Shown here one piece after another: positions 37,011 to 49,216 of a stretch of 64,000 nt of DNA (within the stretch, counting starts at the first letter, position 1; each line of letters begins with the position of its first letter). This DNA is from Oopsacas minuta (taxonomy: Eukaryota; Animalia; Porifera): NCBI GenBank assembly GCA_024704765.1, contig JAKMXF010000013.1, positions 1 to 64,000 of the forward strand, in the 5' to 3' direction. The translations under genes were made by a program, and so were the position numbers. The notes beneath the pieces are model-generated. The model was not told where the DNA came from, ran no database searches, and worked only from the letters and a program-made list of their open reading frames with translations.

Positions 37011-38646
37011 TTATCTGAGAAAACCTAATGGGTCATATAATTGGCATTGCCAGGTAATTATTTTGTTCGATTACTTTTCTCCCACTTATTTTCATATTTA
37101 TCAAACGCGAACGTGCTAGCGAGTAATGGAACGCAATTGCCTCCCAAAAGTGTTGTTTAATCATTCATGCCTATTGAATTATTATATTAAGACTAGTGAA
37201 GGTTTGCAGCATTTGCTACATATAATAATTCGACTTATCGGCCACTTCAGAATTCAACTTAATGCATGTAGCCGATCAACCACCTGCATAGAATCACTTA
37301 AATACTACAGTAGAACACTATAATTGAGGGTGGTGCATTATTTGAAATTATGAAGGCCCATGTAGTCGAAACGTCCAGCTATGATAGTCAAAATATTCAA
37401 ATTTATCTCGAAAATGGATCATCAATTATAGGATCGATGTTAGTTCGTGTTAGGATCATAGATCCAATTAGAATTTAGGATTGAGACAGGGAAAGCCGAT
37501 ATTAATTTCAGCTAGGATCGGGATCCTAATCTGGATGCTTAAATTAAGGAGCGTTTAATGCCCTAGACGTAGGTAATATAACCTATTCAAATTGGCAAAT
37601 TTTCTCAACATTTCAGCGTTCATATTTAGACCGGATACCAAGAACTAATATTCATGGTTATTTAATCAATGTATAGCTACGTAATATTCAGAAAACAGAC
37701 AATAACATCATGTATTCATGTTTAATATAGTATAAATGACAGAAAATAGAGAGAACCCGGGGGCCGATCTAATAAAAATGTTTAACTAGAGCAGTTTAAG
37801 GGTCGGTATTTACATAACTTGACTCAGCTAGACTAGCTACGTAGAACAAGAGGTCAGACGATAGCTTAGGAAGAAATTTGAGAATGCAATGTTAGCACAC
37901 CCCTGACACATTCTTGGGTTGCTAGGGGAAAAATTCTCCTAATATGGTTATCTGAACCATCAAATTGCTGGAAATAGGCTGAGTAAGAATGTGATGGTTA
38001 AAATTGAATTCGATAAGGCTTGAAAATGTCCTCGCGTAGGGAATATTTCACTAACTCTTCGAAAGCTCCTGTAACAACTTTTGTGAATGTCTAAATGCCA
38101 TATTGTGGCTTGGGAACACCCATTTTCGTACTCTTCAGGTTAAAATTAGCCTCAAAACTCTAGTTCCAAAAACTCTGCAAGAAATTCGTTATCGATTCTA
38201 GCCAGAGTTTTACACTCGCAAAGAAAAAGGAACATTAAAATTTTAAGAATTAGTTGTAACTAATTCCAACGGCATAATGGAAATTTTTCCACATTTAGAA
38301 GTCATAAAATCACAAAATTTCGGGACGAAGTCGTTTAATTGAAAATGTTAAGACGAAGTCTCAGGTATATATTTAAAAGAAATTGAAATCAATTCGGCCC
38401 CTGTCTCAATTTATCTAAAACCCCGCTAATTAGAACAATGTTCCTTAATTTCCCGCAAAAATATATTTTCGTCATGTTACAATTATATTAGAAATATATT
38501 ATTGATATTTGCCACTGAAACTTGGCTCATGATAGATTCAAAATTTTGACATTCGAATAGTCTGTATTACATATAACTGTATACTGCCGGGAGAATGGGC
38601 GATTTTATGGCGTTAAAAGGTGCTGATATATTGTTTGTGGTTTAGG

Positions 38647-39694
38647 CAGGGACGTCGCCACGGGAGGGAATAGGGGAGCAATGTCCCCCTGGTAAACCCT
38701 TGCCACGGGGCATGCCACCAGACTCCTTGGCTTCAATTGCAAACTGGAAAATTTCGGCTCGCATCTTACCCTCAAATTATTTACCTTCACCCATAAATAA
38801 GGGATATAGCATGTATTGACCTACCCAACTAGTTAATATTTTTGAGTGTTTATATTCTGAGCAAATGCAGTTTTTTTCCCAGGCCATATTGGCGTACTGG
38901 GCCAGCATCCCTTCAATTGTTAAAAAAATATAGGCACCAATTTCAATACTGGGCCACTATACTAAAGTATAGTCGGCACAGTATAAAGTAGAATTGACCA
39001 TACAAGTTAGAATATCAAGGATTGTCGTACGGTTTTGCGGTCGATGCCTCCATTACTATAATAAATATTGATAACTTCTCGTTGTTTGTTTAAAGATTTC
39101 ACTATTTATTCTTAAAATATAACTGAGAAATTGTGTCAAGATTCAAACCTACGTGGCAATACAAGTGTAATTAATGTAGTGTCTATTATAGATTATTGTC
39201 CAAGGGCTACGCTCCGTCACGACTGGAAGGGCAACAGCACCCCAGACCCCCAGCTGCAGTAGCGTAGGGCATATGTGACTGGGGCCCCCAAAAATTTTCT
39301 CGGAGCCACAGAGCATTACTCAACCCGAAAAACACAACTTTCTGGGGCAATTGCAGTCCATACGTTATTTCTTTCAATTGCTTGGCTCTAGGACCTTACT
39401 GATTCTTACAGCGCCCATAGCCTTTGAAATCTGGGGTGCACAAATTCAATCTGGTATGAAACATCTAGAACTTGTTGACAACCAGATTGAATTTGTGCCC
39501 TCATATTTCAAAGCTACACAACGCAACTGCCCAGCTGGATGCTACTATCCAACTAAAATTTATTGATTCGCCACTAGACATGCTCCTGCTAAACCCGTGA
39601 AACACCTTGACCCTTATCCTGCCCCTTATTTACTTCGTGCTCCCCCTGAAAATTTATTTACCCCCCCTATGTGAAAATCCTGGCGACGTCCCTG
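38647..39694. mobile_element. Non-autonomous hAT-like element (~1.05 kb) with nested GC-rich MITE pieces
   Basis: Perfect 14-bp TIR CAGGGACGTCGCCA / TGGCGACGTCCCTG; flanks ggtttagg vs ggttcggg (6/8, decayed 8-bp TSD). Confidence 0.75.
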
Positions 39695-40583
39695 GGTTCG
39701 GGAGTGGGTTATAACAAAGAGGTTAAAATTTTGTGTTTCTATTCATTAACACTTCGGCCGTAATTAGTTGTAGTAGAGCTATTTTGAGTGTTTCTGTGTC
39801 ATGAAACAGTCATTTTGTCCTTTCTGCCCACATTTTACAGCGTTGCCATTGTTTACTCCAAAACTCTAGTAGTTAATTAAAATTTAGAGCAATTTCAAAT
39901 TTACGACCTAAAACCCTAGTTTGGTGCAAAGATTTGATAAAGTGAAATCTAAATGTTTATGGAGAGTATTCTTGTGCAAAACTGACAAAAAATATTGGCG
40001 GAAAGTCTGTTTTTTCGGGTTTGAAAATTGACTCTATCAATAAACCCAGTTTTAGAGATAGATATCAACAATTAATTTTACTAAACTTCCAACACAATGA
40101 CAATATTGTGGCAAATTTCGAAATTTAAGAGAAACCTATCTCAATTAGCTGAATTTCAGCATGAACAGATATTATTATAGATTGGCTAAAAGCTAACTCA
40201 TCATCGGATTGTTATGTCATCTTGACTGTACTAAATTGTTCAAATTTGTATTACACTCGAGGTACAAAGTGCGTAGTTTACTTACCCAAAAACAAATGAC
40301 AGCTCCATTTTTACCACAGGTCATTAAAATACATGTACCAGGTATATTATATATCCACAAAATTTTCCCTCAAGGAAGTTATTGCCCATTACCTATATCC
40401 TTTCCCGTAGCGACCCAAGAGTACTGACAAATTTTGTTGTTTCATACTTTTACACAAAGCTCACGGATACGTTCGCCCTTCGCGCAGCGACCTAGCAAGT
40501 GAAAAATTCTAGTGAGGTTTGATTAGTACTTTTCTGTGCATATTTTGGTTCATATATCAAAATTGAGTCCATCAAAATATATA

Positions 40584-41094
40584 CAGTCAACTCCGCTTAA
40601 TTGGGACACCGGTAATCAGGAAATCCGTTATATTGGGACAAATCTCCAGGAATGGAATCATTTCCATTTAAGTTTGTACTAAATATTTTTGGTTAATCGG
40701 GACAAACTCTCGTAATCGAATGAAAATTAATAACACAATCAAGAAGAAATTTCTCTTGATCTAGGAAATTCTATAAAGCTAAGTACTTGTACGAAATTTA
40801 GATAGATATAGACTAAATTATGGATTAATTTGCCCAAATCAAATTCTATTTACCAGTCATTATTATCAACATGATTCACTGAAGGCGCTAAAAAAATCCG
40901 ATAAAGATTGTACGTTCGATGGGTTTGGCTCAATCATAGAGTGGTTAACTTGCTTTAGAGGACTCGGGACTGAAAAAATAGAATAGTACTGCTATTTAGT
41001 ATTTTTATTAGAATATCTCCGGTTGTTTGGGAACTCCGCTTTATCCGGGCAAAAGAACTGGAACCGATGTGTCCCGTTTGAGCGGAGTTGACTG
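40584..41094. mobile_element. pogo/Tigger-type MITE (511 bp)
   Basis: TIR CAGTCAACTCCGCT / AGCGGAGTTGACTG with TA on both sides. Confidence 0.85.
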
Positions 41095-41243
41095 TATTCG
41101 AAATCTATGATGTACGTATTAACCGACCGCTTACCGCTACCTATGTTTTCTAGATAAACTTATTAATTCATTAGATTTATCTTTTCATAGTAGTGTTATT
41201 CATTATTATCTATCAACAATTTTTTGTGTACCCACATATTTCT

Positions 41244-43544
41244 ATGTCAAATCAATATTCAGGTTCGTCCTTCCAGTCCTCAATCTTGCAGGATGATAAT
41301 CTGCTTTTTGATCAGCATTTGAAGAAATATTCTCTTTGGAGAAAACCTCTACCCAGAGATGGCAATAGTATATTTCGTGCCGTTGCTGAACAACTTTTCA
41401 AATCACAGTTTCTTTTCTCGATTTTGAAGAATAATTATTTGCAATTTATTTCTACTCATCCTGTTCAATTTCAATCAATGACTGAGAGGCTGACACCTTA
41501 TCATATATCTTGCTCTGGCAATGATAACAACAAGCTCACCCTTAACTTATCTGTACTATCTCAATTTTACAGGATAAAATTTTTCATTTATCGAGAGAGT
41601 ACAGATATCCAGACAATTTCGAACGGTATTTTACAACCTTTGACTACACTATCTCTAGCACGTTTAGAAGATGATCATTTTGATATTTTATATCCTGATT
41701 CATATAGGGATAACTTGGCTTTCGTTCAGTCTATATTTTATTCTATATTGTATAAAAATATATTTCAAATTGATTTACCTTTTAGCCGAAAAAACTTTAC
41801 TTTGCAAACTATTCGAGAACCATACTTTATTACTCAGGATGCTTATGAATTCTCACACTTGGAACGTTGTTTTAATACCTCATATTTTGAGAATATCTCC
41901 TTAAGTCTTTGGAAATCAGAAGTTTCCTCTAATTCTAACACTATTTCTTCAAATATTCAATCTTTAAAACTCTCCTCTTACTCATTGGGTGATGAAGTTA
42001 GAGTTTTTAGTCCTAACACCGAAAACAAGCCCTATTATGTTGGGAAAATATTGAATCTTAATGTAACTCCCGGCATGCATGAGGTACTAGCCTCCAATCG
42101 TGGGACAGAAATTGTTGATATTGGCCATCTTCAACCAGCATATGAAGATAATGATAAATCCCAACTATCTTCACATACCAATGTACTTACTAATCCTGAA
42201 AGATCTCCCATTCCATCTCTACATAGTAGTGACCAAGTAAATTTGTTTAAAGATTCAATAAATTCTAAAAATGAATTCGCACCTTCCTTCACACCTCATT
42301 GTGATCTAGCTCAAAATATCGTCCCTCATACAATTCAATCATCAAGATCTAGTTATATATCACCTAAAGATTCTTTTACAGAGTTAAATAGTTGGGACAT
42401 CGATTCTAAATCAGATCAACCACCAGGATTTGAGGACCAAGATATTGGTCATGGAGTTCAAAAAAGTGAAAATGCAAATAGTTCGAATTCTACAAATGTT
42501 TATAAGCCCACACATAGCCTCACCAATGCACATGGACCTAAGCATAAGTACGGCCCTCAATCTGCTGTAGTGAAACAGAAATATCAACATGAACAGAATT
42601 TAACAGATTCAACATTGGTTATGAAACCTTTTGAACAAATTTATGAAACAGCCCATTCTCAAATTAAGAAACTTCAGTTTAAATTAAATAATTCTTCTGG
42701 GTTCTTAAGTCCAAAATTCTCAATTCACCCTGAAGGTAGCGATTTGCCTGAAGATAAGTTTATTTTACAATATTTTTACAATTTAGGAGTACAATATCAA
42801 TTGATGCGGAGTCATGGATCAAGTTGGAAGGATGTTCTTCCTAACTCCTGTCCACCCTTATATCATGATAGTAATTACCACTCCGGTAACCAAATGGTGC
42901 CACTTATGTTTCGTGATACTGCAGGTCTGTATTTCAGTCAGGATATGGTTGTGCCTAACTATTTTTATGATATGGCTATGATGCCTTTCATTCAAGGGTA
43001 TGCTCCTCCGTTAACATACAATTTGCAGGGTGAACCATTCCTAGTGCAAAACTTTGGTAAACATTTCAAAGAAGAATCAGATTCCGAGAAATTTCATCCC
43101 TCTATTAAACATGACGCCGTTTACGGGAATGAAGAGAATACCACTCGAAAACCGAATTCTTCAATCAGATCGAGACCCGAGAATGAATCTCATCTCACAA
43201 ATTCAGGTTCTGTGGATAGTTTTGATGTATCTCCATTACATTTAATGAATTATAAAAAACCTCTTGATGATCTTCAAAGTGACCCTTCTTCCTGGCCCCA
43301 ACCTGGTGGCGACAAACAAGATATTCCTTGGATTAACAATGATCTTATTGAAAATCAAAGGGCAGCATATAGTAATGTTTTGAAAAAAGGAACTCAAAAT
43401 AGACAACCTACTTATACAGCTGAGAGAACAATATATTCATCAAATAGTGGGGCGAGCTCTGTTGCTAAAAATTCTATGCCGAAGAAAAACTACCCAGGTT
43501 CCCAAAATGTTGGCCCTAATACATATGCTGCTCGTAAAACTTAA
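41244..43544 (+). CDS. OTUD4: OTUD4/ALG13/otu-family protein (OTU + Tudor + low-complexity tail), 766 aa, intronless, catalytic Cys replaced by Ser
   Basis: LWRKPLPRDGNSIFRAVAEQLF, DDHFDILY, ILYSILYKNIF, Tudor-like YSLGDEVRV...IGHLQP, family motif GSDLPEDKFILQYFYNLGV; uninterrupted ORF; exact orthologue (OTUD4 vs ALG13 vs otu) not resolved. Confidence 0.85.
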   Translation: MSNQYSGSSFQSSILQDDNLLFDQHLKKYSLWRKPLPRDGNSIFRAVAEQLFKSQFLFSILKNNYLQFISTHPVQFQSMTERLTPYHISCSGNDNNKLTLNLSVLSQFYRIKFFIYRESTDIQTISNGILQPLTTLSLARLEDDHFDILYPDSYRDNLAFVQSIFYSILYKNIFQIDLPFSRKNFTLQTIREPYFITQDAYEFSHLERCFNTSYFENISLSLWKSEVSSNSNTISSNIQSLKLSSYSLGDEVRVFSPNTENKPYYVGKILNLNVTPGMHEVLASNRGTEIVDIGHLQPAYEDNDKSQLSSHTNVLTNPERSPIPSLHSSDQVNLFKDSINSKNEFAPSFTPHCDLAQNIVPHTIQSSRSSYISPKDSFTELNSWDIDSKSDQPPGFEDQDIGHGVQKSENANSSNSTNVYKPTHSLTNAHGPKHKYGPQSAVVKQKYQHEQNLTDSTLVMKPFEQIYETAHSQIKKLQFKLNNSSGFLSPKFSIHPEGSDLPEDKFILQYFYNLGVQYQLMRSHGSSWKDVLPNSCPPLYHDSNYHSGNQMVPLMFRDTAGLYFSQDMVVPNYFYDMAMMPFIQGYAPPLTYNLQGEPFLVQNFGKHFKEESDSEKFHPSIKHDAVYGNEENTTRKPNSSIRSRPENESHLTNSGSVDSFDVSPLHLMNYKKPLDDLQSDPSSWPQPGGDKQDIPWINNDLIENQRAAYSNVLKKGTQNRQPTYTAERTIYSSNSGASSVAKNSMPKKNYPGSQNVGPNTYAARKT

Positions 43545-44198
43545 GAGCTATTCTTTTTCAATATATGATTAAGAATAATCGCATTAATTTCTATATTATT
43601 CAATTGGAAATTTCCTCTTTGTGTGTTCTTGTTATCCTCTATATTTTACTATCTGATTTAAATTATTCTCATGAAATTCATATAGTGAAAATGAAAAAAA
43701 TATAATTCACCGAACTTTATGAATTGTGGCTGAGTCTAATCGTTGTCTGATATCTTACACAAGCAAGTACGGCAGAGCCTTGATACTTCGATACTCGTTT
43801 AGTAGATATCATATATCTCATTACTAAATCATTGGATTATTCTGAAACAACTATAAAGTTTTCTGTGGGTAGGCAAAAGTAGCAGTCAAAGTCCAATATG
43901 CTCCAGTGAACTTAGAATTCATATATATATATTTAGACACTCAAGGGTTTCAATTTCACCATCTGTTCAAATCAAAGCAGCGAACCATGTTAATCATTTC
44001 TGGCGGAAAATTGAGATGCCGAGAAAATTCATCTATATTTGATAATCTGGTCTTGATCTCTTATCAGAATAGAATAATAAATCAATTCTTTTTCTGACTT
44101 ATTTTTAGAGTTCACTTTTTTACGAATTATCGATCGCATTTATTGAGAAAATAAATTGTCGAAATCACAACGCTTGATATTTTAAATTTTGTTTATAG

Positions 44199-44384
44199 CT
44201 TTCCCATTACGTACTTCAAAAATATATTCTTTGGTCCATCAATTCTTTTGGGTTGCATTGTCTTACTCTAAGTGGATATATCAGTGTTTTAGTGAAGCCG
44301 GACTATTTGAAATTCGCTGTGCTCCTGAGATAGTTCCTGTAACCATGGCTACCTGCACTGCGCTGGCTCCCATTATAGAGATTT
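44199..44384 (+). CDS. Candidate symmetric (phase 1-1) internal exon of an unidentified gene
   Basis: ttttgtttatAG| ... |GTATGT, 186 bp, one fully open frame; no homology recognised. Confidence 0.3.
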
Positions 44385-44879
44385 GTATGTATCTATTTAC
44401 GAACATTTTCCTTTAAGAAATGTATAGATAAGACGTTAAGACCAACCATTGAATTTCAGTTTAATAATAATTGTCCTAATTACCTAACTAAAGTCTATAA
44501 ATTTCCAACGAACACTACTAATTGAAATATTTCACTGTGCATTACAGCCTACATCTTCCAGGTAACACTGCATTGTGAACAGCGCTTCAAAATCTATATT
44601 CGATCGGTCGATGATGCCTATTGTACTTATTTACTGTACGTCAGCATAACATGCACATAGTGGACTGAAAATAATTCTTCGCTTTTACAACAGGCTTCTC
44701 GCTAGGCCTCTATCAGAAAGTACATGCCCTTCTTGAAAGCTATTGTATTCCTTAAACACATGGTGTAAGTGAGCTGTACCATTTGAGTCAATAGTATTAT
44801 TTGAAGATTTCATCAACTATTGACAAAAGAAATACTGTGTTTACAGTACACTCTAGTGATTTCAAAGATTCTAAAAACA

Positions 44880-46760
44880 ATGACAAACTACCTATTCAAT
44901 AATCATATTGTATCGTTCTAGTTAAATTGGATGTTGACAAACGCCTGTTGCCCCCAAGACTCTCACCTTCTCATTACAAGATTAGGTTCCCACTCTTTTA
45001 CCAGAGGGCCTTCAGTTGAGATGCGAGTAAGATTATCAAGCGTAGTTGTATTCAAAATAAGCTAAGTGTCTTGGCTTATGGGAACCTGTCTTTGATATTA
45101 GAGATTAGAGTATCAATATAGGATTGAGCATTTCTAACAAAGTCCTCAGGTATAAGTGGATGAGAAATATCAATATCTTGTAGTGTTGTTTCAAGATTCA
45201 TCCTGTGTCCACTAATGTAGCGGATCTTTTTTTACATCTTCTAGAGTCAACAAACTGTCCTGTACGATGTCATCCACATTTAGTAAGTTCAGCGTGACTA
45301 CCTGAAATACTCTCGAAAGGTTTCCAAGGATGGACAGAATGTCTGATAGCAAAAGTAATGTGACCACGAATTTAGGCTTAGAAATTTGCAGTGAAAGTCC
45401 CAGAGCTATTAATAGCATTTCCTTCAGCAGCATCTTGTCCGAGTGTGAGCATTGCCGACTTTAGGAATGTCTCAATGCATTAACAAGACTCTGTTGAGAT
45501 AGCCATCGTGTTTCCGTTGGTCGTTGCATCTTTACCACTTGCTTATATATCTCCTGTTCCATTTCCCTTAGTGCTGCTGTTCTGACGGTGCTTCTGGAGA
45601 AATAAACATACACTTCATTCAGTGTATGCTGGAATCTTCTAACCAGACCTGACTTCTCACCTGCATTGCAGGTTGCAAGAGAAGGTCAGTGAGCTGCACA
45701 ATGGGTAGTAATGAAATTGGGTACCTGTCCTTTGAGACGAATTATTACGCCAGAGTGGGCGCCAACCATGACAGAGGCTCCATTACAAGCACTACCTGCA
45801 AGCTGAGAGAGATTAATTACCATAGGCACTTCGTAGATCAGGTAATTTTCAATTGAATCTGTTATAATATCAGTAGTGCCCTGAGACACTTCAAGCAATT
45901 TCAGATTTCTTGTTTGTACTTCAGCATCCGAAACAAGGTATTGAACACACAATTCATGTTGTTTGATCACTGAGATATCAGTTGCCTCATCCATGATTAG
46001 TGAATTATATGGGGATTTCTTGATACCTTCCAATAATTTCTCCTCCGGAGTATCACCAATTGCTTGGACCAATTCAGCCATGATTTGTTCGGATTGATAA
46101 TTTGCATTATTCCCCTTGACAAGATCTAGCAATGTTTTATTACCAAGCTGAATGTATAGCTCCTTTAGATCTGCGAAGTTTATTGTGTGTAGTGTTTCCT
46201 GTTTTTCCAGGAAGTACATGCATCGTAGGGCATCCTGAAAGCAACTTCATCAAGTGTAAGAATGCTAACATCTTTAATGAGCTCCATTACTGTCTGCTTT
46301 GTTGCTACCCGTACTATTCCCTCATGGTAGGCAACAGCACATGCTTCATGTGCATCACAGCCTTCGTGTTACAGAAGATGGTCGGGTTTGTTTTCAGTCA
46401 ACGGTTCAGTTACAAAGACCTATGTTTTGCTCCTAGTTTTCAATGTATCATGGGAGCAGTAGAGACAATAGATCCCATCCTCTTTTAGCCAAAGACAGGG
46501 ATGCTCATCACGATATCATTTAGTAGGGTATGAAAAAGAACTAGGATGCTACTTTTCAATACTTGTTAAGCCAATCAAACATCATTCCAGGAGAATAATT
46601 GAATTCTAACAAACATAATGATGTTTATTTGCAGATGATATCAAAACAATTTATGAATTCTTTTTCCTATTCCCAGCGTTGAAAAGAGATAAGGTATTAG
46701 CAGCCATCAGAACCAAAATTTCCATCTCAATCCCTCTATCTCATTGATGTGGAGACTGTA
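44880..46760 (-). mobile_element. hAT transposon (ZNF862/Tip100-like), degenerate
   Basis: NANYQSEQIM.E, SLIMDEATDIS, CNGASVMVGAHSGVI, THCAAH, ETRWLS; boundaries approximate. Confidence 0.85.
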
Positions 46761-46869
46761 CTATTAGTCAGGTTTTAACCGGACCAATGTTTGGATTGCT
46801 AATACCAACATTTACTCAATCTGGCCGACCTGAGTATCTCATATACTCTTCCTGAACAAAATATTTAGC

Positions 46870-46919
46870 CACATTGTCCCCATGGACTCGGAAGTGGCGA
46901 GTCCATGGGAGCACATTGT
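46870..46919. other. 34-bp hairpin flanked by 8-bp direct repeats
   Basis: CACATTGT [c CCCATGGACTCG gaagtgg CGAGTCCATGGG ag] CACATTGT. Confidence 0.75.
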
Positions 46920-47895
46920 TCACAACCCGCGTAGCGCGAGCAAGCGAACTGCTTGCATATATAATATTTCGACACTTCGATTATCTTTCCACATTGTCTC
47001 AAGGCACTAAAAATATTGAGTTTTTCAACTATACAACTAGTATAATGTGGATTGCAAACTCTGTGACCAAAGAATTACCCATAAATTTGGAAAAAATACT
47101 AATAGATCATTTCCGGACGGGGGACAAACATTGGGGTAGGAGAGGATGAAAAACCAGTATATTACTTTACATGGCATAGTAAAGATTTCATTGAAATCTC
47201 TGAAACTGATTTATCAGAATACACAGATTGCTATTTGACACTAGACTATCCTCAATCATAATTATTTATTGTATAGGCCATCAGGACAATTCAACTATTG
47301 TCATAATTGTATGGATACTTTAGATATGGCTGAATAATTTGTTTGGGCAGGGTATTCAAGGTTCATTCAACCAATTTGAAATATACCTGCATCGTAAGGT
47401 ATCTATATAGATTGTTAGTTTGGTTTTTGGGTGGGGTAGATTTTACGACTCAACGAGGAAGATTTTGGTTCAGGTAGCAGATGATGTACTTTCTGTGATG
47501 TGGACTTAAGGCAAAAAAGAAAGTTCGGGACAAATTCTACCTCCGGACATTAATACATAGGTACAGAGCTGCGTTACTAAGATTATGCATGACAAACTTC
47601 TTCAATTTTTGGGTCATTTTTGCTTTCCCTACTCAATACTCCAAATTTTGTGGTTTTTCTTGTTATTCATTGACATGCTCTACATATTCGGGGCAATTAT
47701 CTAGAGATCTGGATTTATGAGAAAATCGAAATATTTTAATGTTCTTATATTTGGTTCAATCAATTGATTGAGACAGTAATTTTAATTTTCGAAACACAAG
47801 GATCAACTCGTTAATTTTCCAAATTTATATATACACCAGTAAATAAACATTGAGTCATTTTTTGGAAAATATACAATTTGACCATTAAGTTAGTA

Positions 47896-48446
47896 CAGTC
47901 GACTCCGGTTAATCGGACCACTTTTGTCCAGAGTAAAGTGGTCCGATTACCCGGGGTGTCCGATTAACCGAAAAATCTTATTATCATTATTTTATTGCTA
48001 GATAAATATTTCTAGTCGATGGTAATCCTATTGCTAATTGAAAAAAGAAGTAATTGATTGTTGCTTAAGTGATCTTTCAGCATTTAAGTGAATTTTGTCA
48101 GCACAATCATCAATTTTAGTTCTGTCTAACCCTTGCTCAATAAAATATCTTTGTAGAAGATAACAGCTGCGTTTTGCTCCATTGTTTGTTACTTTTTGTT
48201 GAATTTCAGGACATGAATCTCATCATCAGAACTTTCAATTTCATTAACATTTCTCCTTTTTCTTTTCATTTCCTCAACAATTTCTTCGACATTATCAAAG
48301 TTCTCAGGTTCGAAACAGGTTGTATCGTCATGATCTATTTCATCATATTCTTCTCCATTCACAACTTCCTCTATGCCTAGACTAATGCATTCGTTTGTTA
48401 CAGGTGTTTCATTGTTCAGTAAGGTATTGTTAGAGAACCCAGCCTT
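47896..48446 (-). mobile_element. Tigger-like 3' end (same TIR family as 30389)
   Basis: TA+CAGTCGACTCCGGTTAATCGGAC; acidic C-terminal transposase tail; cut at the N at 48447. Confidence 0.8.
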
Positions 48447-49068
48447 NCACAAATTAATTAGCAAGTTTACAACCGAATAATACTGTATTTGGAGAATAGT
48501 TCAATATTCGGTTGCAAACAGAAAATCAGTAACCGGTTGGGTTGCTATTCATAATACTGATATTCGGTTCAATCGATTTCAGCCTTGTAAATTAGTAATA
48601 AATGTGGGCACAAGTACATGTATAACAATGGTTTCGAAGTGTTCAGTCAAAGAATTATGGTAAATTTCTGTGAGAACAAAATCCCAGATGACTATAATAG
48701 AATGCTGACCATTTACGAACTGAACAATTATGGGACAATTAATCAAAGACATTTATTACTAAATAGATACTTATCAAACAAACCTTAAACTCTGTTTCTG
48801 CTATCGCTATAACTGAACAAACAAGTCAAAATACAAAGATAATTGCGTAATTTTCCCCAGTGATAGATTGAGGTTCCGAGCTGAATAAAAATCTAATTCT
48901 GCATATTGCTGAAATCTGAGTCCGCATGTTACTCAATTGTTATGGAAAGTTTAGATATATATCCTATAATTAAATATATTTGTATCTCTATAATTAGAAC
49001 CATTGTATCGCTAATTATATTATTTAATAAAGAACCAGAAGGGGATATTTTATTATGGCATGGTCATA

Positions 49069-49124
49069 CACCAGTGTGCACACGTGCACATCAACATGTT
49101 GGTGTACACGCGATTACACTGGTG
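49069..49124. repeat. 56-bp imperfect palindrome
   Basis: CACCAGTGTGCACACGTGCACATCAACA|TGTTGGTGTACACGCGATTACACTGGTG; 22/28 Watson-Crick pairs plus 2 G:T. Confidence 0.8.
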
Positions 49125-49216
49125 TGCATGCGTACACACCAAGCACGTCCATAAACTGCAACATGTTTGTTAACATTATCCTGACCTAATCCATGAAATT
49201 TCGTTTCTTAGATATA

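Noticed and set aside
37340-37380. tatgaaggcc...gtcgaaacgtc resembling a Penelope-type hammerhead remnant
   Set aside because: The CTGATGA core is absent and no RT or GIY-YIG sequence is nearby.
41193-41243. GTG-initiated 17-aa N-terminal extension of the OTU ORF
   Set aside because: Non-ATG start lying just after a splice acceptor; ATG 41244 is the more plausible start.
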